A stretch of 63,018 nucleotides of DNA, filler included. It is 8 parts of 8 records of this genome, joined end to end, with 100 filler letters (N's around TTAATTAATTAA, not from the genome) between each part and the next. Parts side by side here need not be neighbours in the genome. Positions count along the whole stretch, not along the records: positions 22,806 to 36,002 come from SRR31147125_99; positions 36,103 to 44,282 come from SRR31147125_100; 6 more parts are not named here. One strand, 5' to 3'. The position numbers were made by a program, and so were the translations under genes. Position 1 is the stretch's first letter. Each line of letters opens with the position of its first letter. The notes beneath the pieces are model-generated. The model had not been told where the DNA came from. It was given only the letters and a program-made list of their open reading frames with translations, and searched no databases. Positions 25,235-36,420 of this stretch are shown here, one piece after another.

Positions 25235-25552
25235 CAAAATAAGGCATCCTTTTAACATTTTATTACCAATTTTTTAATTTAACGTATTTTGATAACTTTT
25301 TATTTGATATTTAGATATCGAGGTGTATCTTTAAGTGAAATATAAAAAAATAGCGGCACTAATTGGTGTGGTGAAAAGATGTGCCTGTTATTAAAAGTTT
25401 GATGCAGCAAAACTTAATTCTGCAATGCGATTGATTTTAAGCAATTGTTTAATAATAATCAAGCCATTATTTATGGATTCCAGCAACGTATGATTTTTAA
25501 TTTCTTTTGAATCTTTTGGCCTTTATTAGCATCAAAGTTTTGGAGGTAAATA

Positions 25553-25789
25553 ATGGATCAAAAGCTTGAATTAATAAATAAGCATTGTGGTAAGATAGAG
25601 GATCGAATACGAGTTTGTCATAACAGACATGTAGCAGAAATGCTCAAAGATGTTATGTGTAAAGAATTAATGCCAGAATGCAGCAGTTTAGCTGTAAAAA
25701 ATATTTTAATCAAGCAAATTAATAAAGTGATAAATGAAACTTTTGACAGGAATGGTAAAAATATATTTTTAAAGGAGCAGAATAGATGA
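25553..25789 (+). CDS. Hypothetical protein (78 aa)
   Basis: GGAGG RBS; ATGA overlap with next gene. Confidence 0.6.
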   Translation: MDQKLELINKHCGKIEDRIRVCHNRHVAEMLKDVMCKELMPECSSLAVKNILIKQINKVINETFDRNGKNIFLKEQNR

Positions 25790-26346
25790 GAAATTCATTT
25801 TTAATGAAGATAATATTGTCATTAATGGTTGTGGCCTGGATAAGCGGTTGTGGTTCAAATGATAAAGCAGCTAGAGCAGGTGATAAAGCCACTGTAGCAG
25901 TTGATAAATCCGCTGTAGCAGATGATAACCTGGTACCCGCCTATAATTTTACTTTAGAGACATTGGATGGCAAGCAGGTATCGTTAAAGGATTTTAAAGG
26001 TAAGGCTCTTATGTTAAATATCTGGGATACGTGGTGCCCTCCATGTCGTAAGGAAATCCCGGATTTTGTAGAGTTGTACTCTAAATATAAATCAAAAGGA
26101 TTTGAAATACTTGGTGTTGCAGGTGGACAAAATGGCGTGGAAGCTGTTGCAAAATTCATTAAGGATAATAATATGAATTATTTGAATGCTTTGGCCACAG
26201 CGGAATTAATAAATGGGTTTGGAGGTGTCAGGAGTATACCAACAACATTTATGATTGATAAAAATGGCAACATTTATAAAAAATATGTTGGAGCAAGACC
26301 AAAAGAGGTATTTGAAAGTGATATTAAGGACATATTAAACCTCTAA
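25786..26346 (+). CDS. TlpA/ResA-like thiol-disulfide oxidoreductase lipoprotein
   Basis: Lipobox ISGC; WDTWCPPCRKEIP, IPTTFMID. Confidence 0.92.
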   Translation: MRNSFLMKIILSLMVVAWISGCGSNDKAARAGDKATVAVDKSAVADDNLVPAYNFTLETLDGKQVSLKDFKGKALMLNIWDTWCPPCRKEIPDFVELYSKYKSKGFEILGVAGGQNGVEAVAKFIKDNNMNYLNALATAELINGFGGVRSIPTTFMIDKNGNIYKKYVGARPKEVFESDIKDILNL

Positions 26347-26382
26347 TTTGTTCTATAAATGTAAAGCTCAATAAAAGGTGAA

Positions 26383-26810
26383 ATGAGTATGAAAACGATC
26401 GTTAAGCAAGTAAACGGATTATCACTTGTTGGAGAGGGCGATTCAGGTCATTCTGTACGTATGGATGCCTCCGGGCAATATGGAGGGCTGGATAAGGGAA
26501 GCAGACCAATGGAATTGATATTAATCTCTTTGGGTGGATGTACATCCATGGATATTATTTCAATTTTGAAAAAAAGAGAGTGAATCTGGATAATTATGAG
26601 TGTCATATAGAAGCTGAACGAGCAGATGAACATCCAAAAGTGTTCACAAAAATTCGCATTAATTTTATATTTTATGGTAACGATATTCCGGATGAGGCTG
26701 TTAAAAGAGCGATTGAATTGTCGGAAACGAAATATTGTTCCGTATCATCTATGCTGGATAAAACGGCTGAGATTATAACCGAATATGAAATAAGAAAAAC
26801 AGCTAATTAA
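26383..26810 (+). CDS. OsmC family protein (frameshift near 26575)
   Basis: RPMELILISLGGCTSMD in first frame; HPKVFTKI and LSETKYCSVS in second. Confidence 0.9.
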
Positions 26811-27067
26811 TAAAGTACTGATTTGAGCTTTCGTATGAAAAAGAGATGGAACAGCTCTGCCATCTGTGAGTATACAATCGTGGTGACTGGTGATAATTGT
26901 GAACACATTATTTGTTCAGATGGTTCAATCGACGTGTATCTTTAAACTAATTTTTAAGAGTTATTTAATAGCATATTTTGAAATATTCCGAGTGAAAAAA
27001 GATCTTGTTGATTCATTAAAAGTTGTTGTATTGATTAAAAAAAACTGATTTTAAAATATTTATATTC

Positions 27068-27104
27068 AAAAAAGCCCTCTTGTTTATCATAGGAGGGCTT
27101 TTTT
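27068..27104 (+). terminator. Intrinsic terminator
   Basis: AAAAAAGCCCTC...GAGGGCTTTTTT. Confidence 0.7.
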
Positions 27105-27176
27105 GTTGTTAAAAGCGCTTGTAATTTATAATTTTTTTTCTAAGTTGATGTGTTGAATAATGAATTAAGGAAACGG

Positions 27177-27775
27177 ATGCCAAACATTACAGCAAACGAA
27201 GCCGAGTTAGTACAGAGAGCCATTAATGGAGATAAGCACGCGCTTTCTGAGATTGTGATACAAAATGAAAAACTTGTTTATAATAGTGCTCTTCGACTTT
27301 TAGCAGATCCTGATGCTGCCGAAGGCGTAATGCAAGAAACTTTTTTAAAAGTTTTTCAGGCATTGCCTGATTTTAAAGGTAACTCGTCACTTTCGACCTG
27401 GATTTACCGGATCGCAACCAACTATGCTTTGATGCATTTAAGATCCAGGAAAAAAATCCGGGCACACTTGAAGACAATGAATCCAGGATTAGTAAGGAAG
27501 CCATTGAATCATTTAATCGTTCTATCGGAAACAATCCTTTACGAACGATTATGAATGATGAATTACGTGTAGCTATGGACCAGGCTATATCTGATCTGCC
27601 TCCTAAATTTCGTAGTGTATTCGTTTTGAAAGATATTGAGGGATTTTCTCTAAAAGAAATTTCCGAGATGCTTGATCTTACATTAGCTGCTGTTAAATCA
27701 AATTTACATCGTGCCAGACTTTTTTTAAGAGATCGATTAGCCGAATTCGCTGAACACGAGACGCAAAACAATTAA
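27177..27775 (+). CDS. ECF RNA polymerase sigma-70 factor (frameshift near 27455)
   Basis: QETFLKVF..FKGNSSLSTWIYRIATN (region 2); LPPKFRSVFVLKDIEGFSLKEIS..VKSNLHRAR (region 4) in next frame. Confidence 0.9.
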
Positions 27776-27946
27776 TCGCTTCTACTCCTCCACTCCAGAA
27801 TTATGCCTTTCTCACAGGATTTCTTAAAATAATATTTCTACAGAATAATTACTAATTTCTGTGTGTTATTTATTTAGTATCCAAACAGAACAAGAATTAG
27901 ACAATTTAATAGTTTGAGTCTGATCATAAGCTAAAGAGAATTTCAA

Positions 27947-28783
27947 ATGAAAAAACAACTCACACCTTTAGCGCTGTATTTGGTGACCTTCCTTTTATTT
28001 TCATCTTTATTCGTCTATTCTCAATCAAAAACCACAATTGCTGTACTGGATTTTGAAGCAAAAAATGTCAATCAGGAAACAGCTGAGGCTGTTGCGGATA
28101 TTTTGAGCACTGAATTGTTTAATACAAATCGATTCAATGTGGTAGAACGCAACAGTATCTCTTCTTTGTTAGAAGAGCAAAAACTGCAAATGACTGGGGT
28201 GACCGATATGTCCAGGGCAGCCGAAATCGGCAAAGTGCTGAATGTTGAGAAAATAATGATCGGCAGTGTCAGTCGACTCGGGGAAACTTTTATTATAAAC
28301 ACCCGACTTGTTGATGTGGAGACTGGTGCGCTCAGTTTGGCACAGAACACGCAAAGTACAAATGGTGAGAGTGGTCTCCCGGATGCGATTGGTAGTCTTG
28401 TTAAACAGATATCGCAAAAAATAACCGTGGAGGGGGCTATCATTAAAATTTCCGGGCATGTGGTTTTAATTAATATTGGTAAAAATGCGGGTATTAAAGC
28501 CGGACAACTCCTTGAAATTATACGTATAGGAGACGTCATCACAGATTTGGGTGGAACAACGATAGGTAGAACAGAAGATTATATTGGACGTTTAAGAGTA
28601 ACTAGTATAAAACCAGAATACGCTGAAACCACTCTGCTTGACTCAAAAGCCAGTTTACGACTAGGAGATAAGGTGAGATTGATGACGACAGCTGTCGGTC
28701 TCCGTAAAAAAACAATACCTCCAAAGAAAAAAGAAGAATCTGATAAAGAGAACAAACCTGTAGCTTTACCACCAGTTTTTTAA
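27947..28783 (+). CDS. CsgG/HfaB-family protein with FlgT-C-like C-terminal domain
   Basis: IAVLDFE, RFNVVER, LEEQKLQ, AAEIGKVL, RLVDVETG; INIGKNAGIKAG..GDKV. Confidence 0.75.
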   Translation: MKKQLTPLALYLVTFLLFSSLFVYSQSKTTIAVLDFEAKNVNQETAEAVADILSTELFNTNRFNVVERNSISSLLEEQKLQMTGVTDMSRAAEIGKVLNVEKIMIGSVSRLGETFIINTRLVDVETGALSLAQNTQSTNGESGLPDAIGSLVKQISQKITVEGAIIKISGHVVLINIGKNAGIKAGQLLEIIRIGDVITDLGGTTIGRTEDYIGRLRVTSIKPEYAETTLLDSKASLRLGDKVRLMTTAVGLRKKTIPPKKKEESDKENKPVALPPVF

Positions 28784-29130
28784 CAGGTCGAGTTTGATTA
28801 TTGATAATTACCAATTTAATTTAACTTTATCGGTTTTATCCGAACTTTGATTTATAATTTTTTTTCCTTTCCTATGATAGATCTATTTTAATATGTAATT
28901 CGTGATTAAATTTCAACTATGATAAATAGAATGTTTGGACAACTCTTAATATCCTTTAGAGACTGTTGCGTTAATTTCATTCATTTTACAGTCAGGTCAG
29001 CAGGGGGATATGGTTGATAGATTACAGGGCACTTTTTCAGGAAGAGATTGTAAACCTTTTTATGAATTACTAATATTATCTTTTATATAATACAAATTCA
29101 CATCATGAATCTAAAGACAAGGAGAAGAAT

Positions 29131-29916
29131 ATGACTAACAAAAGTTATGGTTTAACACTTTTTGTGATCGTCCTGGTTTTCACCTTTTCAGCATTAAATG
29201 CTCAGACTCGAACAATTGTAACTTTGGGTGGTAGTTATTGGAATGCGAATTATAGTCTGGAGGATCAGGATGGTAACAAATTGGGCGATTTTGGAAGTGG
29301 AGCTATGTATGGACCCTACCTCAGCATTTCTCAGGGAAAGTTAAATTTGGGGACGTCGTTGTTTTTTGGCAAGATTCCAGTGGAAGAATTTGAAGGAGAT
29401 CCAAGTATTGATTCGGACATGAGCCGAAATGATGTCAATTTTACCCTTGGATATCGGGTTCATCGGAATATAAATTTATTCATCGGAGGAAAGTATATTA
29501 ATTGGAAAATTGAAACGGATTATACGGATCCGGATTTTGGGGATACTTATTCTGATGACTTTGAAGAAAAAGGAATGATGTATGGATTGGGCATTTCTGC
29601 TGTTATTCCGTTTGGCACGTCCGGATGGTATCTGTTTGGTTCTCTGGCTGGAATGGCCGGGACACTACAATATACGGAAGCTTATACAGATCCGTTTTTT
29701 GGCACGGAAACAACCGATGAAATTGACGTGGATTCTGCTCTGGCTGCTTTAAATCTGGGCATAGGGGTTCGTTTCCCCTCAGGTTTTGGTATAAATGTCG
29801 GTTACCGGGCAGATTTATTTGCTGAGGAGTATCAAAATGTTTCTTCGGTTGAAGATAGCATAGAACCAAGGATAAAAGTAGAGGGAATAATTGCAACGAT
29901 ATCTTATTCATTATGA
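29131..29916 (+). CDS. Outer-membrane beta-barrel protein
   Basis: Signal peptide, amphipathic strands, GYR motifs, terminal ISYSL. Confidence 0.65.
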   Translation: MTNKSYGLTLFVIVLVFTFSALNAQTRTIVTLGGSYWNANYSLEDQDGNKLGDFGSGAMYGPYLSISQGKLNLGTSLFFGKIPVEEFEGDPSIDSDMSRNDVNFTLGYRVHRNINLFIGGKYINWKIETDYTDPDFGDTYSDDFEEKGMMYGLGISAVIPFGTSGWYLFGSLAGMAGTLQYTEAYTDPFFGTETTDEIDVDSALAALNLGIGVRFPSGFGINVGYRADLFAEEYQNVSSVEDSIEPRIKVEGIIATISYSL

Positions 29917-29932
29917 AATGATTTAACAGTGT

Positions 29933-29967
29933 AAAAAAAGCCTCGTCCAAGGATGAGGCTTTTTTTT
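29933..29967 (+). terminator. Intrinsic terminator
   Basis: AAAAAAAGCCTC..GAGGCTTTTTTTT. Confidence 0.8.
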
Positions 29968-30362
29968 GTCAAAAAATGAAATGATCTATTCCTGCCTGGA
30001 TTACATCATATAATGAAAGAATGTCTGAAAGCACAAGTTTATAAGCGATTAAATTATTGTTATTTTTAACAAAAAGATTTTCCGAGTTATTGATCTGATT
30101 TGAACAGCTGTTTGCGTCACATCTTCGTATTTCTCATGGGAGCCCACATTGTTATATGTCGGCTCCGTGCATTCTGACACGAATTAACATATTGTTATTT
30201 AAATAGAATATTTGTAAATTATAAAATTGTTATTTTTGAATCATTTAGACCCGTATTTATTTTGTGTGCTGTTGCTAAAGATGCACAGTAAATGCATAGA
30301 TAGGTTGTGGAATTTCGTAACCAGATTTGTTACTGTTTTTGTAAAGTGTGTTAGGAGTTTTG

Positions 30363-31286
30363 ATGAGAAAAAATTATTATGTCGTATTGGTTCTTTTTAT
30401 TTTTTCGTGTGCCGGCTTGAAAGAAGCACAGAATAGTTTTGACACGGGACATTATGACGAGACGATTAAAGCCTGTCGCACTTCCATTCAGGCGGACTCG
30501 ACTAAAGCAGAACCATATTACTTATTAAGTCGTGCCTATTTTGCAAAAGGTGAATATGATAGTTCTTTACAAGCGATAGAATCAGCAATTGTTCTAAGCC
30601 CGGAAGAAGAGTCTTACAAACAGAAACTTTATGAAATATATAGCAAGTTGGGCGACGAGCGATATGAAAAAAATGAATTCAAACAGAGTCTCGCTTTTTA
30701 TAATAGTGCACTTGAAATACGATCTGATGATGCTGTTATAATCGAAAAAATCGGAGATTCCTATTTTCAGAGTGGTAAACATGAGTTAGCCGTTAAGGAA
30801 TACAAAAAAATAGCTCCTTCTTCTGCCTTGATTGCTGAAAAAATACAAAATATTCAAAAAGCGGAAACAGATGCTTTGGAACAGTTAGAACTCGGTGTTG
30901 AGCAATTAAAGAAAAAACGGTTAAAGTCAGCGGAACAGTATTTTAATAAAGCCCTGGAAATCAAACCGGATTATAATTTTGCCAAATATCAGGTTCATTT
31001 GACAAAAGGACTTTTGTATTATAAAAAAGGTTCTGTCGGCACACTTTGGGACGCGATTGAACAATTTGGTCTTGCTGCAGCGCTTTTCCCTGAAAAGGGG
31101 GAACCGCATTATCACATGGGATTGGCATATCATAAAAAGGATAAGAACGAATATTCCGAAGCCATCAGAGAATTTGAAACAGCTGCTTCAGTTGAGCCAA
31201 AGGGAGATTTTGCTGAATTATCTGTTAAAAAAGCGGAAGAATTGAAAGCATATCGTAAAAAAATGAAAGATTTTTGGGGAAAATAA
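30363..31286 (+). CDS. TPR repeat lipoprotein
   Basis: Lipobox IFSC; multiple TPR-like helical pairs. Confidence 0.8.
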   Translation: MRKNYYVVLVLFIFSCAGLKEAQNSFDTGHYDETIKACRTSIQADSTKAEPYYLLSRAYFAKGEYDSSLQAIESAIVLSPEEESYKQKLYEIYSKLGDERYEKNEFKQSLAFYNSALEIRSDDAVIIEKIGDSYFQSGKHELAVKEYKKIAPSSALIAEKIQNIQKAETDALEQLELGVEQLKKKRLKSAEQYFNKALEIKPDYNFAKYQVHLTKGLLYYKKGSVGTLWDAIEQFGLAAALFPEKGEPHYHMGLAYHKKDKNEYSEAIREFETAASVEPKGDFAELSVKKAEELKAYRKKMKDFWGK

Positions 31287-31290
31287 TATG

Positions 31291-31329
31291 AAAAAACTCC
31301 CGCTAGAGTACATCTGCGGGAGTTTTTTT
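31291..31329. terminator. Bidirectional terminator
   Basis: AAAAAACTCCCGC..GCGGGAGTTTTTTT between convergent genes. Confidence 0.8.
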
Positions 31330-31332
31330 ATC

Positions 31333-32124
31333 TTAGAATGTAAATGGTGTACTTAAAGAGAACATGACCGTCGGATTTATGATGCCGTCGCCAAACTGTA
31401 CATCCCATTCAAGTCCTGCCTGCTGTGCACTATTGGTTTTGTGCACTGACCATACTGCATCAATAGCACTTATCAGGTGATTTGCGAGAATGGCGCCAAG
31501 AGCAAAAGTTGCTCGCGTGTCGGCATTATCTGCTGAAATTCTCAAATCCTCGAATTTATTCCTGTTCGTCTTATTATCCCAACTCCAAAAATATTTTTCT
31601 GTATCAGAGAAATATTTTGGAAGATTCCGTTGCCTTAGCATGGCGGCATTATATTCATCAATATTATCAAAATTTGCAATGGTTACATAAAAAGTCTCGG
31701 ATTTACCTTCTGTACTGACTCCTGCATGCGTGGCCGCAAATGCCTGATAGTCTTCCTGACGCCAATCACGATACTTGAGAAAACCGGAATAGGTGAGCCA
31801 CAGCACAATTTCAGTACCGAAAAATATTTCCGATTTTCTCTTATAGCCAGCGTATCTTTCACCTAATCCTGGAAGAAGCAACGATAGAAAAAAGGCTTTC
31901 CCTTTTGATTTTAGTGCAAAAGCGCCTTCGCCTTTTTGTGGGAAATTCATAAGGACATTGGCAGATTGATCTTTAATTTCCTTCGGTTGTTGATAAGAGA
32001 CGGATTGCTGGTAAAAATTATTATTAATCGGAGAATTTAGCAAATGATTCTTTTCTGCGGAAAATCCGGCCGAACAAGTTACTACAACAACGGACATTAT
32101 TATTAAAATACGATTCATGGGCAT
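31333..32124 (-). CDS. DUF5683-like membrane/secreted protein
   Basis: KAFFLSLLLPGLGERY and NHLISAIDA motifs; paralogue of upstream neighbour. Confidence 0.6.
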   Translation of the reverse strand: MPMNRILIIMSVVVVTCSAGFSAEKNHLLNSPINNNFYQQSVSYQQPKEIKDQSANVLMNFPQKGEGAFALKSKGKAFFLSLLLPGLGERYAGYKRKSEIFFGTEIVLWLTYSGFLKYRDWRQEDYQAFAATHAGVSTEGKSETFYVTIANFDNIDEYNAAMLRQRNLPKYFSDTEKYFWSWDNKTNRNKFEDLRISADNADTRATFALGAILANHLISAIDAVWSVHKTNSAQQAGLEWDVQFGDGIINPTVMFSLSTPFTF

Positions 32125-32960
32125 TACCAATCTACACGAAAATTCAAAACAGCATATTGTTGGTTATCTAATAAAAGTGGTTTGACATTCAAACGTGCGC
32201 TGGCTATTTCTTTATTGTGCCTTGAAACAGTCCAGGCAGCGTCAATAGCACTTAGAATATGATTGAACATGACAATTGTCATACCGGTTGTGGCTCTTTT
32301 AAAAGCTTGATTACTGTCAAACTGGAGATCCTCATAATACAGCCGGTTTTTGGTACGTAATTTTTTCATTTCCCTTACGTCGTTATCAATGCTATTGCCT
32401 GATTTATCAAAATCATTCCAGCCATAATTAAACTGATCATATTTGCCAATCATTTCATAATATTGTTGATCTTTTTCCCGATGTAAATGATGACTGAAAT
32501 TGGATGTTTCCCAGGCTCGTAGTCCTTCTATGTCATTGCGGGCGATATTTGTTTCCTTGTTGGCCCAGTGGTGAATCCAATCAAAATAATCTTCTTCACT
32601 CCAGTTTGTGTCGGCATATTCCTGGAATTGATCCTCGATCTCTTCACCGTCCTTGTGTTTAACCGCATACATGACCCAGGCTGCTGTTTCTATGGCAACA
32701 AATACAGCTGTTTTCAGGTAAGAACCCGCATAAGCCTGTCCCAGCCCTGGCACAGCAGCAGAATAAAAGAGCGCTTTTTTTGGCGATTTTTTCGACACGG
32801 CATAGTTGATAGTAGGACTGGCAGCTTGATCTTGTTGTGCTGCATGCAAAGCAAAGTGAGAAGCAGGTGTGTCAGCCATAAATTCTTTCCAATCCACTTC
32901 CTGAGCATGAGCAACAAAAGTTGTTAAAACAAATACGATAGCGAGAACATATTTTTTCAC
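32124..32960 (-). CDS. DUF5683-like membrane/secreted protein
   Basis: KSPKKALFYSAAVPGLGQAY, QQYYEMIGKYDQF, NHILSAIDA; GTG start with AGGAG RBS. Confidence 0.6.
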   Translation of the reverse strand: MKKYVLAIVFVLTTFVAHAQEVDWKEFMADTPASHFALHAAQQDQAASPTINYAVSKKSPKKALFYSAAVPGLGQAYAGSYLKTAVFVAIETAAWVMYAVKHKDGEEIEDQFQEYADTNWSEEDYFDWIHHWANKETNIARNDIEGLRAWETSNFSHHLHREKDQQYYEMIGKYDQFNYGWNDFDKSGNSIDNDVREMKKLRTKNRLYYEDLQFDSNQAFKRATTGMTIVMFNHILSAIDAAWTVSRHNKEIASARLNVKPLLLDNQQYAVLNFRVDW

Positions 32961-32993
32961 CGGATTTCTCCTTAGTATAAAATCGTATAATTA

Positions 32994-35900
32994 TTAAAAA
33001 GATTCTCCGAACAAATCAAAATCAAATAGCAGCGTAAGGTAGTAACGCCATTCCTTTCCATATTTCACATTATCATTAATTACCTCATCCAGGCCATAAG
33101 CTGCCTGTAGAGAGAGGGCTGTTGGAAATCCATAAAATGAAAAGGCTGAAAAACGTAAATCCATGCCTATGTTTCTCTTAAAGTCGGAAAAACTTAAATC
33201 GTCTTTATCAAAGGCATTACCATAATCAAAAAAGAAACCTAAAAACATTTTGTCTGTGGTGAGATGGAAAAAACGTTTCTGCCAATGGCTAAATATAGGG
33301 AAACGGTAGCTGCTGCGTATCATTAAGAGTTTACGTCCTTCAATACTATAGAAAGGATATCCTCTTAGACCAGGCAGGCCACCGGCAAAAAAGTTAAAAA
33401 AACTATCTATAGGTCGATCAATCCAACCTGCTTTTATATCCGCGGAAAAAGCGTGTTTTCGTGACCATGGCATTTGCACATGTTCACGCCAATTTAGTTC
33501 AAGACGATTATAATTATAGCGATCATAAACTTCGTAAGGAGTATTATAATCATTGTCTGTGGCAAAATCATTGAAAAATTTGTTGTATTCACGAGTATAG
33601 GTGAATTTTATTTTTCTACCGGAAGATGGATTAATTCTGAGAACGCGTCCCGCGCCAGCATATCCATTGTCCAGGTTGCGCGAATATGATTACCAATAAA
33701 ATAGGTGTTTCGGGGTGAGACCCATTCTATACCTTGAAAGAAAAAATCTTTTATTTTGCTTGTATATCGGCTATGAATAAAAGCAGTCCGAATTTTATGT
33801 GTTTCATTAAATCTGTAGGATGCACCAAGATCCGCTTCCAAAAGGTTAAAATGAATATCTACTTTGGCATCCTCCGGGAAATCTTCGATGACCTCAATAT
33901 TCTCGGGAATATTCAATGTTTTGGCATAAAGCTCCAAAAAGAGAGTTGGTGCCAGACGACGATATTCAAACAAAGCGTAGGCATCCAGGTCTTTGCGTGT
34001 GTTCACTGCGACACCACCTAAAATCGAATAGCGATCCAGAATATCACTGGCATAAAAATAAGTGCCAAGTTTAACCCGACTCGAATCCACAAAAACACGA
34101 GGTAGAAAGGATACCTGTCCATAGGTCATTTTATAGGGATGGTTCTTTTTATCCGGAAGGGATGTATCATCGTATTCACGAACAGCAACGTATTGCTCCT
34201 TTACATCTGAATCATACCCGTTATCGAGCCCAAGTTTATTCATATGATCTGCAGCAAGATATTCTACAGTCTTTTCATCAATATGTTGTGGTGAGGTTAA
34301 TAAGGAGATTTTATAACCATCATTTTCAAAGTTGGAAAAAGCCAGACTGCCATCCTTTGATATGGCAGGCATAAAAGCGCCACCAATGACGTTTGTCCAT
34401 TGGTTTGTGGATAATTCCTCTAACGAGAGACTATAAATGTTAAAAATACCGGTTTTATCCCAGGAAAAATAGACGCTCTTTCCATCCGGGCTGAAAACCG
34501 GATCGCGCGCGTCGCCGATATTCGATACCAGAGGTTGAATTTCTCCCGTAGCAATATTGAGCAAAATTATATCCCGACCATGTTTGCGGGCTTTAGAAAA
34601 AACAATCCACTTTCCATCTGGTGACCACTGTGGAGAATACAGTTCTTCGCCAAGTGAGTTGTCGGTAAGTTGTTGCAGGACTTTTCCTTCATTACTCACA
34701 ATGATCAGATTATCGGTTCCATCCTTTTGAGTGATACATATTATTTTCTCACCATCCGGTGACCAGTCCGGTTCGAATGCGCGTAATCCATGTGTCAGTC
34801 TTTTTTCCTTCTTTGTTTTAAAATCATAGACGTGGATATCAAAATAAGAGGATTGATGTTTTGTTGTACGTTTACGGGAGTATACCAGTTTTTGATCGTC
34901 TTTGGACCAGGATATTTTGCTGTTAACGCCACCTTTCAGCACTTTGAAACGTGCTGTTTCCTTGTCATAAAGAATCAAACTGGTAAGAGTTAAATAGTCA
35001 GAGGATTTACTGCCACAGAAAACGAGTTTATCACCGGTTGAATTCCATGTTGGATACGTGTTGCCAAGTCCTTCTTTGGTGAGGATGGTACCTTCAACAC
35101 GATTGGTGGATATTAGAGACAGTTTTTTTGCATAATAGTCGTCCAATTGATTTCGCCACTGATTATAGAGTGTTTTGGCATCCTTGTTTGTCACTTCTTT
35201 AATACTCGCATCAATGGAAAGCCGGGTTTTCTTTTTAGCTGCCCGCGCCAGGTTACCAACAGCTTCTTTTCCCCAGTTAGCCGCGATGTAGCGTGTCAAG
35301 GCATATCCGGCGTTATAGGTGCGCTCATTTCCGAGACTGTTTTTGCCAAAGACACCCATTTCATCATAGGAATGCATTTTACCTGCTACCACCGCGGTTC
35401 GGATGAGCATATCTCTGTGAGAATCCCATCGTTCATAATCCAAACCAGGTGTTTGATATTGTGCCATACCTTCTGCCAGCCACATGGGCATGACTGTCAT
35501 TGAGATAGGATAGGAGGCAATGATGTTTGGATAGCCATAAAGAACGTCAGGCCGTTTTTCATCTTCATAGTTAAATAACTGAAAGTAAAAAGCCGGGATT
35601 CGACGAGTTAATTTACGTGCTGCTCCAAGAGAAATCATATGAGAGAATTCATGCGTCACGACATTGCGAAGCCAGTTATGAGTACCGCGTAATATAAAGG
35701 TCATGTGTGGAGCCCAAATTTCTACTTTATTATCATAATAAAAAGCGGCTCCATTAGAGTTGTCTTCATAGTCTTTTATAATAAAATGTATCTGTCCGTC
35801 AGGTTTCCAATCATAGAGAGAAGTAATAGGATCGTATATTTCCTCGACTATTTTTACTACAACCTGAGCTGTACGATTTGCGCCATTATGGTAATGAACC

Positions 35901-36002
35901 TGAAAGTGTTCTGTTTCAATCGTAAACCAATCCAGTTCCGGATGGTTATATTCACTTAATTGGGCAAAAAGGTTTGTAACAAAAAAGCAGCAAAATAAAA
36001 AA
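32994..36002 (-). CDS. Gluzincin-like peptidase + PD40/TolB propeller + Omp85-like barrel protein (5' truncated, one frameshift near 33645)
   Basis: Frame open to contig edge with signal-peptide tail; HEFSH, WLAEGMA; repeated WSPDG; LRGYP and DYGNAF. Confidence 0.75.
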
Positions 36003-36102
36003 NNNNNNNNNNNNNNNNNNNNNNNNNNNNNNNNNNNNNNNNNNNNTTAATTAATTAANNNNNNNNNNNNNNNNNNNNNNNNNNNNNNNNNNNNNNNNNN
36101 NN
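36003..36102. other. Artificial contig linker
   Basis: N spacer with TTAATTAATTAA. Confidence 0.99.
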
Positions 36103-36124
36103 CAAAATCACACGAGGATTGCAG

Positions 36125-36393
36125 CCCCAAACCCCAGCGCAGGGGCTCCTCGCACCTTGCATCCCTCAATGTGCAGCCCACACAATACAATTACGTAAGC
36201 GGTTAATAAAATACAACCTTAATTTATGCTTAAGAATTTATATAATTCACTGTACTTTATCTTCTCCACTTTTCTTTTTAACCCTTTACAGTATAATATC
36301 CACTACATTGTGATTAAACGCACAGCGTTTACGATGAGATGCAAAGGGCGAGCCGCCCCTGCTCAATGGGTATGGGGAAATTCTTTCCCCATA
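36125..36393. repeat. Long imperfect inverted repeat element (MITE/REPIN-like)
   Basis: 36125-36168 aligns with the reverse complement of 36335-36377; GC-rich arms around an AT-rich core. Confidence 0.65.
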
Positions 36394-36420
36394 AAAGATA
36401 GAATCGAAAAAAGTAAATCC

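Noticed and set aside
30100..30185. GGAGCC..GGCTCC hairpin and minus-strand GACGCAAA as a c-di-GMP riboswitch
   Set aside because: The GGCAAAC/GAAA tetraloop arrangement and second stem are missing
36226..36420. N-terminal 65 aa of the DUF3795 ORF
   Set aside because: Runs through the inverted-repeat element; real start is more likely 36421
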